From IMG/VR virus record IMGVR_UViG_3300032030_000028, positions 32,001 through 96,000 of that record: DNA of 64,000 nt; one strand, given 5' to 3'. The stretch is from a virus. Taxonomy: Duplodnaviria; Caudoviricetes. Positions 36,441 to 45,515 of this stretch are shown piece after piece. The notes under the pieces were generated by a model. It was not told the origin of the DNA, searched no databases, and saw only the letters and a program-made list of their open reading frames with translations. The position numbers and the translations under genes were made by a program. The first letter of the stretch is position 1, and the number at the start of each line of letters is the position of its first letter.

Positions 36441-37769
36441 TCAAAAATCAAAAATGTCTCGAAATTTTTCATCCGGATCGTTCCTCCACATATCCGCTGT
36501 GATCATTGTGTGATTGTTGCCAAGACCTTCGTTATAAATTCCATTCGGATAGAATTTTTCGGTGTACTCAGCAAGTCGTTCTCTCTGTTTCTGAGTGAAC
36601 GGAAGATCCCTCATTGCTGATCCCATGCTGACCAGATTGTAACCGGAATACCGGACTTTTCCGTCATGGAACCGCACCCAGCCCATCTTGTCAAGGTGCC
36701 AGTCTCTGTTGAAACTGTCATGAGGAAGTTCTTTCATAATCGACCAGTTCTCGAACACAGCATCAGCGATGTCGATGTGAGCAAGACGAGACTCTTCCCC
36801 GTCCATAGCCAACACATTGCCGTCTCTGTCAATGAATCCGGCTGTCCAGTTGTGGTCAAATTGCACAGGCTCGGAGATGTCTCTTCTCTCAGGCTCTTTT
36901 CTTGCGGCAACGAATCTGTCCAGCTCATCAAAAACGGTTGCTCCTGCGATGTTGTCGCACTGTCTAGACACAGCATAGTCAGATGCATGTTCTTCTAGAT
37001 ATTGGTGAGTAACATTCCATTCCCTCAGTCCATCTTCATCTAACTCTTTCATCACGCTGAGCAGTTTTGCAAGATCGGCAACGATTTCCATGTAGTGTGA
37101 GAAGCCATCGCACTCTCCGGAGCATGCAAGATTCTCCATCAGCCATTCGCGGAGACGGATCAGTTTCAGTCCCTCATTCACGAATTTTCTGACTCCTTCC
37201 AAGTCATTAAAGATGTCACTGATTTTTTGCGAGAAACATCTAGTCAACTCACCAGACTCTATGATTTGCTGCATCTGGTAGTCGTTGGTCATCCAGATTC
37301 TAGCAATATCCATCGGAGTGAATCGTGCGCCGACCGACCAGTGCCAACCTTTCGGAAGATCGAAGATCGCTTCAGCGTGGTCGATGTCCAGGTCATATAG
37401 AAGACAATTGCTGAAGAACTGGTACAAATGCTTAGTGAGATATTCTCCCTGCTCGATAAGATCAAATCCCTCTTTGTGGACAGTGTGATGAAGAAAAAGA
37501 GGATCGAATTTGTGGTACATTTCGTAGTCTCCTTCGGGTAGCTCGTCTTTAGAGCAGATGCCCATCGTTCCTCCGTCTATTACATAAAGGAACAGCTGAG
37601 ACCGCAGGATTGCTCTCACATACTGCTCGGGACAGCCGGACAACACCAGAGCATCCCAAGCCTTCTGTGGCTCCATTTCGTAGAACAGATGCTCATGCGC
37701 GATATTTTGGAGCATGATGCCGGCGTTAGCGCCGAGCGAGAAGTGGAGGGTGTGTTTTTCTTTTTCCAT
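36441..37769 (-). CDS. Hypothetical protein with atypical base composition
   Basis: 442-aa ORF; visibly more GC-rich than its flanks. Confidence 0.8.
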   Translation of the reverse strand: MEKEKHTLHFSLGANAGIMLQNIAHEHLFYEMEPQKAWDALVLSGCPEQYVRAILRSQLFLYVIDGGTMGICSKDELPEGDYEMYHKFDPLFLHHTVHKEGFDLIEQGEYLTKHLYQFFSNCLLYDLDIDHAEAIFDLPKGWHWSVGARFTPMDIARIWMTNDYQMQQIIESGELTRCFSQKISDIFNDLEGVRKFVNEGLKLIRLREWLMENLACSGECDGFSHYMEIVADLAKLLSVMKELDEDGLREWNVTHQYLEEHASDYAVSRQCDNIAGATVFDELDRFVAARKEPERRDISEPVQFDHNWTAGFIDRDGNVLAMDGEESRLAHIDIADAVFENWSIMKELPHDSFNRDWHLDKMGWVRFHDGKVRYSGYNLVSMGSAMRDLPFTQKQRERLAEYTEKFYPNGIYNEGLGNNHTMITADMWRNDPDEKFRDIFDF

Positions 37770-37819
37770 ATTTATATCATTTACGATATTATATAATCTT
37801 TTTCTGAAACAATTAAGAC

Positions 37820-37846
37820 AAAAAAAAAAGACCCTTTATGGGTCTT
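37820..37846 (-). terminator. Intrinsic terminator
   Basis: AAGACCC-ATAAA-GGGTCTT plus T tract on the minus strand. Confidence 0.75.
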
Positions 37847-38504
37847 ATATATTAAAACTATCGTCTTCAAACCAATCCCGATCAGGTTGTTCCGCCTCGC
37901 TACCGGAATCTGTATTAGGTAATCCAAAATATTCGTCAAATGCTCGAGAAAATGAATCATATAATTTTCGTTGAATGTCTTCTTCTCGGATATTTTTACA
38001 AAAATAATTTTTAATATCCTCCAAATTCACACCCATAACTTGAGATGAAGTTTTAAGTTTCTCCGCATATTCCGGACATATATTTATCTTAACTTCAAAA
38101 CTCACTTCGGGATATCCAAGATTTTCCGTCATTCTCTTTATTATGATATCATTAGTGGACTCTGTTGGCTGAGATAATGGTGTGTATGATTCCGTGGCTG
38201 GATTTTGATCTGGTTTGTTCTCGGATACAGGTGTAAATACATCTCCTAATTCTTCTTCGGAGATTCCTTGCATAAGCAACGATTTATTCAACTTTACAAC
38301 CGGCGGGGTTTTAGGGGTACTGATAGGTGTTTCCGATTGAATATAATCTCGAAGAATGTCGCCATTGATCATTCGCCCATCATAAGTTTGGATAGACATG
38401 CCGGTTCCGTCAAAGAACACACTGCGTACTTTAAAATGGTCCGAGCCGTCTTGTTTCCACCAAGTGGTGTTTTCTATATCAAAATTCATTCCCTGATTAT
38501 ACAT
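37845..38504 (-). CDS. Hypothetical protein
   Basis: 219-aa ORF. Confidence 0.75.
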   Translation of the reverse strand: MYNQGMNFDIENTTWWKQDGSDHFKVRSVFFDGTGMSIQTYDGRMINGDILRDYIQSETPISTPKTPPVVKLNKSLLMQGISEEELGDVFTPVSENKPDQNPATESYTPLSQPTESTNDIIIKRMTENLGYPEVSFEVKINICPEYAEKLKTSSQVMGVNLEDIKNYFCKNIREEDIQRKLYDSFSRAFDEYFGLPNTDSGSEAEQPDRDWFEDDSFNI

Positions 38505-39079
38505 TAATCAAAATTTTGTATAAATATATCCAAAAGATCGGGATGTTTAACCAAGCCATATAATATGGCGGCCACACGCTTAGGCTCTTCGTTGAAGAAA
38601 TAAATGTGTTTTTTGTCATACACCCTATCTATGAATCCTTGTATATTGAAACTTTCATTATCTTCTTGTATATTAAAATCGTGCATATATCCATTTTCGA
38701 TCATATAATTAAACCGGAAATCTGAAGTATTATCTAGCCATATTATAGTAACATCCATTTTATCCCAGACCGATTGAGGTATTTTCACTATATGATCTAT
38801 GCCCATATAGATTACATCGTTCTGATCATATTCATAAAAAGAGAGTCCTTCCAGAAATTTTTCTTTCTGGAAGCACTCTTGCATAAATATATATGAATTT
38901 GATTCTTCGATGTTTTCGATATCTGAATAATCATATATTAATTTAGACAGAGTATAAGAGCGGGGATCAATTTCGGATATATTCCGAAAGATATGTCCTA
39001 CGGATATTCCCATTTTTTCGGAAAGTTCAACTATTTCCTTGACTCCACAACCCTGTCGTCCGACGATTAGGTATTTCAT
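38504..39079 (-). CDS. Degenerate P-loop (guanylate-kinase-like) protein
   Basis: YLIVGRQGCGVK at the N-terminus. Confidence 0.45.
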   Translation of the reverse strand: MKYLIVGRQGCGVKEIVELSEKMGISVGHIFRNISEIDPRSYTLSKLIYDYSDIENIEESNSYIFMQECFQKEKFLEGLSFYEYDQNDVIYMGIDHIVKIPQSVWDKMDVTIIWLDNTSDFRFNYMIENGYMHDFNIQEDNESFNIQGFIDRVYDKKHIYFFNEEPKRVAAILYGLVKHPDLLDIFIQNFD

Positions 39080-39387
39080 AATCTTGGTGTTTTATTAAAA
39101 TTCGGCATACGGGGCACACTTGGCATCCTAGGCACTGATTTCTGCGCTTGGCGTTGATAAGTATTCGGATTATACCGATTAGAAGATTTTCCTTTCTCGG
39201 CTTCTTCTTGTCTTTTATTTTCCTCCTCTATGATATTCTGCATAGCTTTCATATACTCCTCATATTCCCAATAAGGCATTCTATCGACTTCGGACGGCTG
39301 TGTGCGGCACGAATATGCTAGACGTGCTTTATTTTGAACCAAATTTGCTATGTTTACCTTGAATAGAGAATAAATACTTAATGCCAT
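39076..39387 (-). CDS. T4 gp51-like baseplate hub assembly protein
   Basis: SEVDRMPYWEYEEYM motif; overlaps the 3' end of the gp26-like gene in the +1 frame. Confidence 0.6.
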   Translation of the reverse strand: MALSIYSLFKVNIANLVQNKARLAYSCRTQPSEVDRMPYWEYEEYMKAMQNIIEEENKRQEEAEKGKSSNRYNPNTYQRQAQKSVPRMPSVPRMPNFNKTPRL

Positions 39388-40375
39388 TGGGAAACCGTAC
39401 TGTGCTGCGCACCTCCTCACCGCAGTTAGGACACTTCATAGTCAATTTTTCGGATGGATTGATAAGAATGTTCCGGCGGACTTCATCTAAGAATAAGAAC
39501 ATATCTTGATTCCAAGATTTATATTCTCTTTGACAATCTTTAATCATCCTATCCAGCAGAGTAGGATCTTTAGGAGCTTTTTCTAACATGAACGGTAAGA
39601 ATTTGATAAACGTCTCATCTATATTCTTTCCGGTTTCCGATTGTGCATATAGCCATTGAATGATAGCATTGTCTTTTTGCAATGTCGGAATATAGAATTT
39701 AATAGTTTTACCCGGTAAATTATAATCATTAGGGTCGATAATCCATGTTCTGGATTCAGAATCCAGATGTTTTTCAATAACCTCTTCATCAGGGAGATCA
39801 TAATAAAGATCATCGGCGCGGAGCACGAAATGCAGGTTCTCGCCACAGTTATCACATTCTTCATCAAACTCTAGTGCTTGTTCTCCTTTCTGGAACGTAT
39901 ATTCGCGGACTTTGAGAATAAACCAGAATCTATCCCAAGAGTTGATCTTATCCCACCCTAACTTGCCGGTTGGTGTGGAGATAGATACACAAGATTTGAT
40001 GATTTCATTCATTACATTGTTAACTACAGCAATGTTTTCTTCATCAATACTAGACCAGTTCTTGATAGCATCTACGGTGGCCGGTTTCACTCTGAACTGC
40101 CAATCCGCCGGATAGAATCGGGAACGCTCTCCCATTGAAGCTCTGTCAATAGGAATCCAGCCTCCGGTAATATCATAATAGTTATAATCGTCTAGAGACG
40201 GCCTTTCTTTGTGTGTGGCTTTGTTGAAGGCTTCAAATGCGGCTTGTTCATCAGTTGAAAGAGTATCTTGCTGGCCCGGGATATGTTTCATCTTACCCAG
40301 ATCATGCATTTCTTCTTGAGGTTCTCCTCCGATATTGCCGATTTCGTTTTCTAAAATTTTATTTACATCAGCCAT
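39329..40375 (-). CDS. T4 gp26-like baseplate hub assembly chaperone
   Basis: DRFWFILKVREYT, CDNC and CPNC zinc motifs. Confidence 0.7.
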   Translation of the reverse strand: MADVNKILENEIGNIGGEPQEEMHDLGKMKHIPGQQDTLSTDEQAAFEAFNKATHKERPSLDDYNYYDITGGWIPIDRASMGERSRFYPADWQFRVKPATVDAIKNWSSIDEENIAVVNNVMNEIIKSCVSISTPTGKLGWDKINSWDRFWFILKVREYTFQKGEQALEFDEECDNCGENLHFVLRADDLYYDLPDEEVIEKHLDSESRTWIIDPNDYNLPGKTIKFYIPTLQKDNAIIQWLYAQSETGKNIDETFIKFLPFMLEKAPKDPTLLDRMIKDCQREYKSWNQDMFLFLDEVRRNILINPSEKLTMKCPNCGEEVRSTVRFPNGIKYLFSIQGKHSKFGSK

Positions 40376-40439
40376 ATTATGCTATTTAATTTATTGTAAA
40401 GTAATAATGATATAAAATTCATTTTTAAGTTTTAAGGAT

Positions 40440-40464
40440 AAAAAAAGACCCGAAAAGGTCTTTT
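40440..40464. terminator. Intrinsic terminator after the leader-gene array
   Basis: AAAAGACC-CGAAAA-GGTCTTTT with A/T tracts on both sides. Confidence 0.7.
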
Positions 40465-40828
40465 ATTTATCAATAAAGATAACTCGCCACCCCTGTATGT
40501 GAGTTATTGGTTGCCTTATGATTTTATATTTTTCATTTTCAAGTTGCGGAATAGCTTCTTCCTCAAAAGCAAATGTGTCTATAGGAACAGGTATTGTTTG
40601 TTTATAATATGAGCCATTAAATCCAAGATCTTTAATTTCGACATAACTTGGATTTGCATTTTTAGAGATTCTATACTCACCTTCATTATTTTGTACAATA
40701 TATCTGCCGGAAAGCAACATAGCTATAATATCTTCAGGGTCGGTATACATAGATTTATTCATATCCCAGGTTAATCTATGACCGTGGGATCCTTTTCTTC
40801 CTATTATAGATTCGCTAATTGATTTCAT
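40463..40828 (-). CDS. Leader-tagged hypothetical protein (array member 5)
   Basis: MKSISESIIGRKG. Confidence 0.85.
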   Translation of the reverse strand: MKSISESIIGRKGSHGHRLTWDMNKSMYTDPEDIIAMLLSGRYIVQNNEGEYRISKNANPSYVEIKDLGFNGSYYKQTIPVPIDTFAFEEEAIPQLENEKYKIIRQPITHIQGWRVIFIDK

Positions 40829-40867
40829 AATTTGTGTTTATTTATATTTTTACGCCGAGCTTTGTTT

Positions 40868-41287
40868 TTATATAATTTTGAATATTCTCAAATATCTTGT
40901 GACAATATCAGGAAATTCTATTTCATCTAAAAATTCAATACAATGTCGGAAATCCGATATATAATTACTGATATTGGACATTATAATATCATATGCTTCT
41001 TGAGGATGTTTTATACTTATATCATTTTCAATTATAAACCAGAATATTTCACCGTGTCGTTGCAACTGATCCTTTCTAAAACAGGGACACCATTCTACAC
41101 CGGGAGCCCAAAAAAATACGTGTTTATCATCATCCATAATACACCAATGGTTTGAAGACTCTTCAATATCTATTGAATATGCTGTCCGATTAATAAACTT
41201 CCATTTGATCTCCCCAGGAATATTCCGGAATTTAACGGATACGGTATTCTCTTTCCTTCCTATTATAGATTCACTGATTGATTTCAT
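40868..41287 (-). CDS. Leader-tagged hypothetical protein (array member 4)
   Basis: MKSISESIIGRKE. Confidence 0.85.
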   Translation of the reverse strand: MKSISESIIGRKENTVSVKFRNIPGEIKWKFINRTAYSIDIEESSNHWCIMDDDKHVFFWAPGVEWCPCFRKDQLQRHGEIFWFIIENDISIKHPQEAYDIIMSNISNYISDFRHCIEFLDEIEFPDIVTRYLRIFKII

Positions 41288-41290
41288 ATT

Positions 41291-41707
41291 TTAAAATTGT
41301 ATTTTACCCGAAAATAACCGAAAAAACCTATCCGGATGATGACCAAAATATGATCTAGTATATACCTGTTCTTGCAACCATTTCGTAGCGTCTTGGATGT
41401 CGCTAATATCTTTATCTTTGAATAAAAAAATATCACAATATAACATAACCCGAGTATGAATACTTTGAAGATTTTGAAAAGTTCCTACGAATATATTCTC
41501 GGCTCCGTCAATATCCCCATCCAGAATAATATTTTCAATATTTTTATTGTGTTGTATTGAACTCCGTATCTCATCAACTCCGTCTTCGGTTTCGGGAATT
41601 ATAATGAGTATATCCGATTTGTTTATTTGTCTCATTTGTCTCAATATCCTGGTTAAATAATTAGAACTACCCCTTCGTCCTATTATAGATTCTCTGATTG
41701 ATTTCAT
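41291..41707 (-). CDS. Leader-tagged hypothetical protein (array member 3)
   Basis: MKSIRESIIGRRG. Confidence 0.85.
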   Translation of the reverse strand: MKSIRESIIGRRGSSNYLTRILRQMRQINKSDILIIIPETEDGVDEIRSSIQHNKNIENIILDGDIDGAENIFVGTFQNLQSIHTRVMLYCDIFLFKDKDISDIQDATKWLQEQVYTRSYFGHHPDRFFRLFSGKIQF

Positions 41708-42117
41708 AAACTTTTAATATATTTTGAAATATCTGTAACTGTTACAATATTTGATTGATAAATATCATCCACGGACTTCATCGATTGTATCCAATCTTTT
41801 AATTGGTTGATGTTTTTAAAATGCAATTTGTTTACAACACACAATTTACTATCCGGGTCCGGAAATTCTTTACCCCGGTATTTGGGGTAGCCGGATTTAA
41901 AATATTTTTTTAATAATCGTATGTCGTCTGTACAAAATACATAATTATTATATCGATATCCATTATTATATCGATATCCATGTTCGACCGCAATTTTACA
42001 TTCCGTTGGAAATATTTCATTAGCTAAAACGTAATCGAATTTTATTGGATACAATATCCATATTTCCGAAGACGGTACACCTTTTCTTCCTATTATAGAT
42101 TCGCTAATTGATTTCAT
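41704..42117 (-). CDS. Leader-tagged hypothetical protein (array member 2)
   Basis: MKSISESIIGRKG; internal 18-bp duplication (GYRYNN x2). Confidence 0.85.
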   Translation of the reverse strand: MKSISESIIGRKGVPSSEIWILYPIKFDYVLANEIFPTECKIAVEHGYRYNNGYRYNNYVFCTDDIRLLKKYFKSGYPKYRGKEFPDPDSKLCVVNKLHFKNINQLKDWIQSMKSVDDIYQSNIVTVTDISKYIKSL

Positions 42118-42121
42118 GATT

Positions 42122-42541
42122 TTAAAATTGTCTGATTCTTAAATTATACTCTTTAAAGATATTATATAAATCTTCTACGGTTTTCACTGATTCTAATTTT
42201 CGTGAAGAGAATTTGTATTTAGAATCTACAACTCGCATCGTTTGAGTAATTCTCGGAAAGTTGTTAAGTATTTCTTCAACCAATCGAATATATTCAAATT
42301 TAAGAGGTTCATCTAAATATTTTAAAACACTTACCAACACATAATCAGATTTATCAAACCAATTTTGAGTTCTAGCTTTACGAATATGACAATGGTTTTT
42401 ATCCATTACAATAAAATCTACAAATTCATCATCTCCATAACAAATAGTAATAAGGGATCCTGGTATATGTGCAAAAAAACGCGGATCATGCGGATCAATA
42501 GATAATCTTCGCCCTATTATAGATTCACTGATTGATTTCAT
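42122..42541 (-). CDS. Leader-tagged hypothetical protein (array member 1)
   Basis: MKSISESIIGRRL. Confidence 0.85.
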   Translation of the reverse strand: MKSISESIIGRRLSIDPHDPRFFAHIPGSLITICYGDDEFVDFIVMDKNHCHIRKARTQNWFDKSDYVLVSVLKYLDEPLKFEYIRLVEEILNNFPRITQTMRVVDSKYKFSSRKLESVKTVEDLYNIFKEYNLRIRQF

Positions 42542-42549
42542 ATATTAAT

Positions 42550-43590
42550 TTATTTTGATTTCCAATAGCTATAAATGCCTTTCTCTAATTCAAAAGTATT
42601 CCAGTGATACCATTCTCCTATAGGATTCTTCTCTTGAACCCATCTCCACATATTTTCAATACCATCATAGACGGAGACACTATCTTTATAATCTAATAAT
42701 CTAATGGATTTATATGGATCCACATCGCAGAACTTGATTTCATTTCGCGGTTCTAAATATACTTTTTCCGCAGTTCCAGTTACTTCTAGAACCATATCCG
42801 CCAGATCGTTGATAGAATATTTTTGAATGCCACCCAAGTTGATAATCTGATTATCCGTATTCTTGTCTTCCATACATCTATAAAGAGGTTCTAAAATATT
42901 AGTGACTTCCGTGAAGCATCTGGTTTGCTCACCATCGCCATAAATGGTAATAGGGTCTCCATCCTTAATATGGTGCATCCAGATCCCCAAAACATTCCGA
43001 TACGTATCATTCATGTTCTGATTTCTTCCGAAGACATTATGAGGGCGGATGATAGTCCATTTCAATCCGAAGTACTCTCCGGAGACTTCAATATCTTTTT
43101 CACACGCTGCCTTAGAGATAGCATATGGATCTTTCGGAGAAGGTCTTTGAAATTCCATATACGGGGGAGTACAATCACCATATACGGACATGGAAGAAGT
43201 ATATATAAGTTTTTCCACCCCATATTTAACACAAGCATTGAATATATTGGAGGTGGCGACTATATTGTTCTTGTAGTTAAAGGAACGCATGAAATAAGAT
43301 AAGATCTCGGCGGCATAAGCGGCAAAGTGATAAACATATTTTATGTTATATTGAGTAAAGATCTCATCCAGGACTGAAGGAGCGGAATCCGATGCTAGAT
43401 CGAGTTTCCAATGCCGGATGTTCGGCACTCTGAAATGATTACCCCAGTCCGCTTCTAGATCTATACCTATAATTTTCGGATAAAATCCGGATTCATCTAA
43501 TTGAAGATTGTTACGATTTATGATGTGTTCTATAAATCTGGACCCTATGAGACCTGAGGATCCTGTTACTAATATATATTCGTTATTCAT
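42550..43590 (-). CDS. NAD-dependent nucleotide-sugar epimerase/dehydratase
   Basis: TGSSGLIG, HFAA, SSMSVYG, YAISK, RPHNVFG, GDGEQTR. Confidence 0.92.
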   Translation of the reverse strand: MNNEYILVTGSSGLIGSRFIEHIINRNNLQLDESGFYPKIIGIDLEADWGNHFRVPNIRHWKLDLASDSAPSVLDEIFTQYNIKYVYHFAAYAAEILSYFMRSFNYKNNIVATSNIFNACVKYGVEKLIYTSSMSVYGDCTPPYMEFQRPSPKDPYAISKAACEKDIEVSGEYFGLKWTIIRPHNVFGRNQNMNDTYRNVLGIWMHHIKDGDPITIYGDGEQTRCFTEVTNILEPLYRCMEDKNTDNQIINLGGIQKYSINDLADMVLEVTGTAEKVYLEPRNEIKFCDVDPYKSIRLLDYKDSVSVYDGIENMWRWVQEKNPIGEWYHWNTFELEKGIYSYWKSK

Positions 43591-43592
43591 AA

Positions 43593-45497
43593 TTATACAC
43601 TTGTTGGATATCCAGTAGCTTGCTGAGCTTCCCGGTTAGTTTTATATTTGACGGTACCACCTAAACGTTTATAGTCTTGCAAGAATTTTTCCATCATAGA
43701 ACTATCATAATATCCAAACACTTTAGGAAAATTTTCTTCGCTTATAGCATATGTCTTTCCGGAGTCTCCTTCTACTTCTCCGGAAGCAAGCATTCTTATA
43801 GACATTGATATATCTCCAAGATCAATTTCTTTATATTTACGCAACTTTTCAACAAGATATCGCTCCTTATCAAAAATCTTTTTTTCTTCCGCGGCGGCAC
43901 GCTCCCCTTCTATAGCATCAATGTCTTTCAGCTCATGTTCGGTAACTTTCTTTATAAAATCCATAAGACCGGCTGAAACTACCCAATAACCATGCAAGTT
44001 TGGATCATAATCCATTAAGAAACCTCCCATTTTTAATAATTTTACGATATACTCGTCGGCATCACGAGTAGAATCAAATTTCCACATATTTTCTAACCCA
44101 AATTCTTGAATGAATTCTTCAACCTTATATTGGCATTTATTAAAATAACTAAAGGTATTAGAAAATATTTTATAAAAATCTTTTTTTCCACACGGAATAA
44201 TAGCGGTTCTGCCCCGGTAATCTGTGATCCCCGTACGATACATAGCACCGATCATAATAGCAAAAAAAACTGTTTTGCACAAACGCTCTACATCTACTCC
44301 TACATGAAGTATTTGAGAATACCCCGGTGAAGTGAAATCGGAAAATAATCTCTCATAATTCACTTGACTCCTCTTAGTAGGCATCGGAAGTGCGAGGGTA
44401 TTCATATTGTACCCTTTATAGCTTCCCCGAGTATTGATAATAAATCCTTCCGTGTCCTTGCCTTTATTGTAAGTATCGGCAAATACCCCCGCAATCCGGG
44501 ATAAGAACCCGGGAGTATCATAAATATCTCGCATAATATTTAATACGAAATCATAAACATTTTCTAATCCTACAAAAGGAGTATATACGGTCTTTTCGGG
44601 CACATATATGATATTGTTATTAGAATCTTTTGTAGGAACTATGGCTATTCTCCCAAATGGATCTTCTATGTTAGTATCATTACCTGATATTATATAACTT
44701 ACAAAAGCTCCGTTCCGGATATCTCCGATGATCCGGCTTAGTGCTAATTCACGATCCATATTTGTTGTATTGCCTCCGTACAACTCCATACAGGATACCC
44801 ATTTCCGATCCGTAGATTTTCCGGCGATATCATATTTGTGATTACTGAAACATAGCAGCATATCATCTTTAGGAGTAGACATAAATGTAAGAAGTAAATT
44901 ATAAGCTTCTAACAACTCTTTTCTTCCGGATAATAATTTAGTAATTTTTATTTGTCTTTCGCGACCATCATGCCCTTCATATGTCACTAAATTGGCGGTA
45001 AGATCCGCGGATACGTTTTGTATATTTTTATGACCTAAACTATCCCCAATCCAAAAACATATTTGACTTATAATATTTTCTTCCCCTAAACTGAAAAGAA
45101 GTGCATCATCACCGTCACGAATTGCTTGATCTATTTTAGACTTAAGCAATTTAGACTTAAATTTTAAGGTATCCGATAATATTTTAGCATCTTCCAAATT
45201 AAATCTCATCTCTCTATGCCACGTAAATGGATTTCCATCAGTATCAAAAGCTGAGGGTTTGTAATCTACTCTCATAGGTTTCATATCTACCCATTTTCGA
45301 GGAATAGGAATGTATATCCTATAACTATTCTGGCTTATAAATCCTCCGTGCTTAGTACAATATTCCCCTAAGATCTTCCAGAACTCCATCAAATATGTTT
45401 CCGCTATATCGGATCTATCAATATTTCCAAAATTATCTCTATAGAAACCATAATTCAGAGCTTCCGACAAATTTAATTGCTTTTTAAAAGATTTCAT
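43593..45497 (-). CDS. Hypothetical protein with internal-protein-like leader (MKSFKKQLNLSE|A)
   Basis: 634-aa ORF. Confidence 0.75.
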   Translation of the reverse strand: MKSFKKQLNLSEALNYGFYRDNFGNIDRSDIAETYLMEFWKILGEYCTKHGGFISQNSYRIYIPIPRKWVDMKPMRVDYKPSAFDTDGNPFTWHREMRFNLEDAKILSDTLKFKSKLLKSKIDQAIRDGDDALLFSLGEENIISQICFWIGDSLGHKNIQNVSADLTANLVTYEGHDGRERQIKITKLLSGRKELLEAYNLLLTFMSTPKDDMLLCFSNHKYDIAGKSTDRKWVSCMELYGGNTTNMDRELALSRIIGDIRNGAFVSYIISGNDTNIEDPFGRIAIVPTKDSNNNIIYVPEKTVYTPFVGLENVYDFVLNIMRDIYDTPGFLSRIAGVFADTYNKGKDTEGFIINTRGSYKGYNMNTLALPMPTKRSQVNYERLFSDFTSPGYSQILHVGVDVERLCKTVFFAIMIGAMYRTGITDYRGRTAIIPCGKKDFYKIFSNTFSYFNKCQYKVEEFIQEFGLENMWKFDSTRDADEYIVKLLKMGGFLMDYDPNLHGYWVVSAGLMDFIKKVTEHELKDIDAIEGERAAAEEKKIFDKERYLVEKLRKYKEIDLGDISMSIRMLASGEVEGDSGKTYAISEENFPKVFGYYDSSMMEKFLQDYKRLGGTVKYKTNREAQQATGYPTSV

Positions 45498-45515
45498 AGA
45501 ATTAATACATATTTA

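Noticed and set aside
40463-42541. CRISPR array or integron
   Set aside because: The repeats are coding 5' ends spaced ~420 bp apart; no palindromic repeat, attC structure, cas gene or integrase in the window
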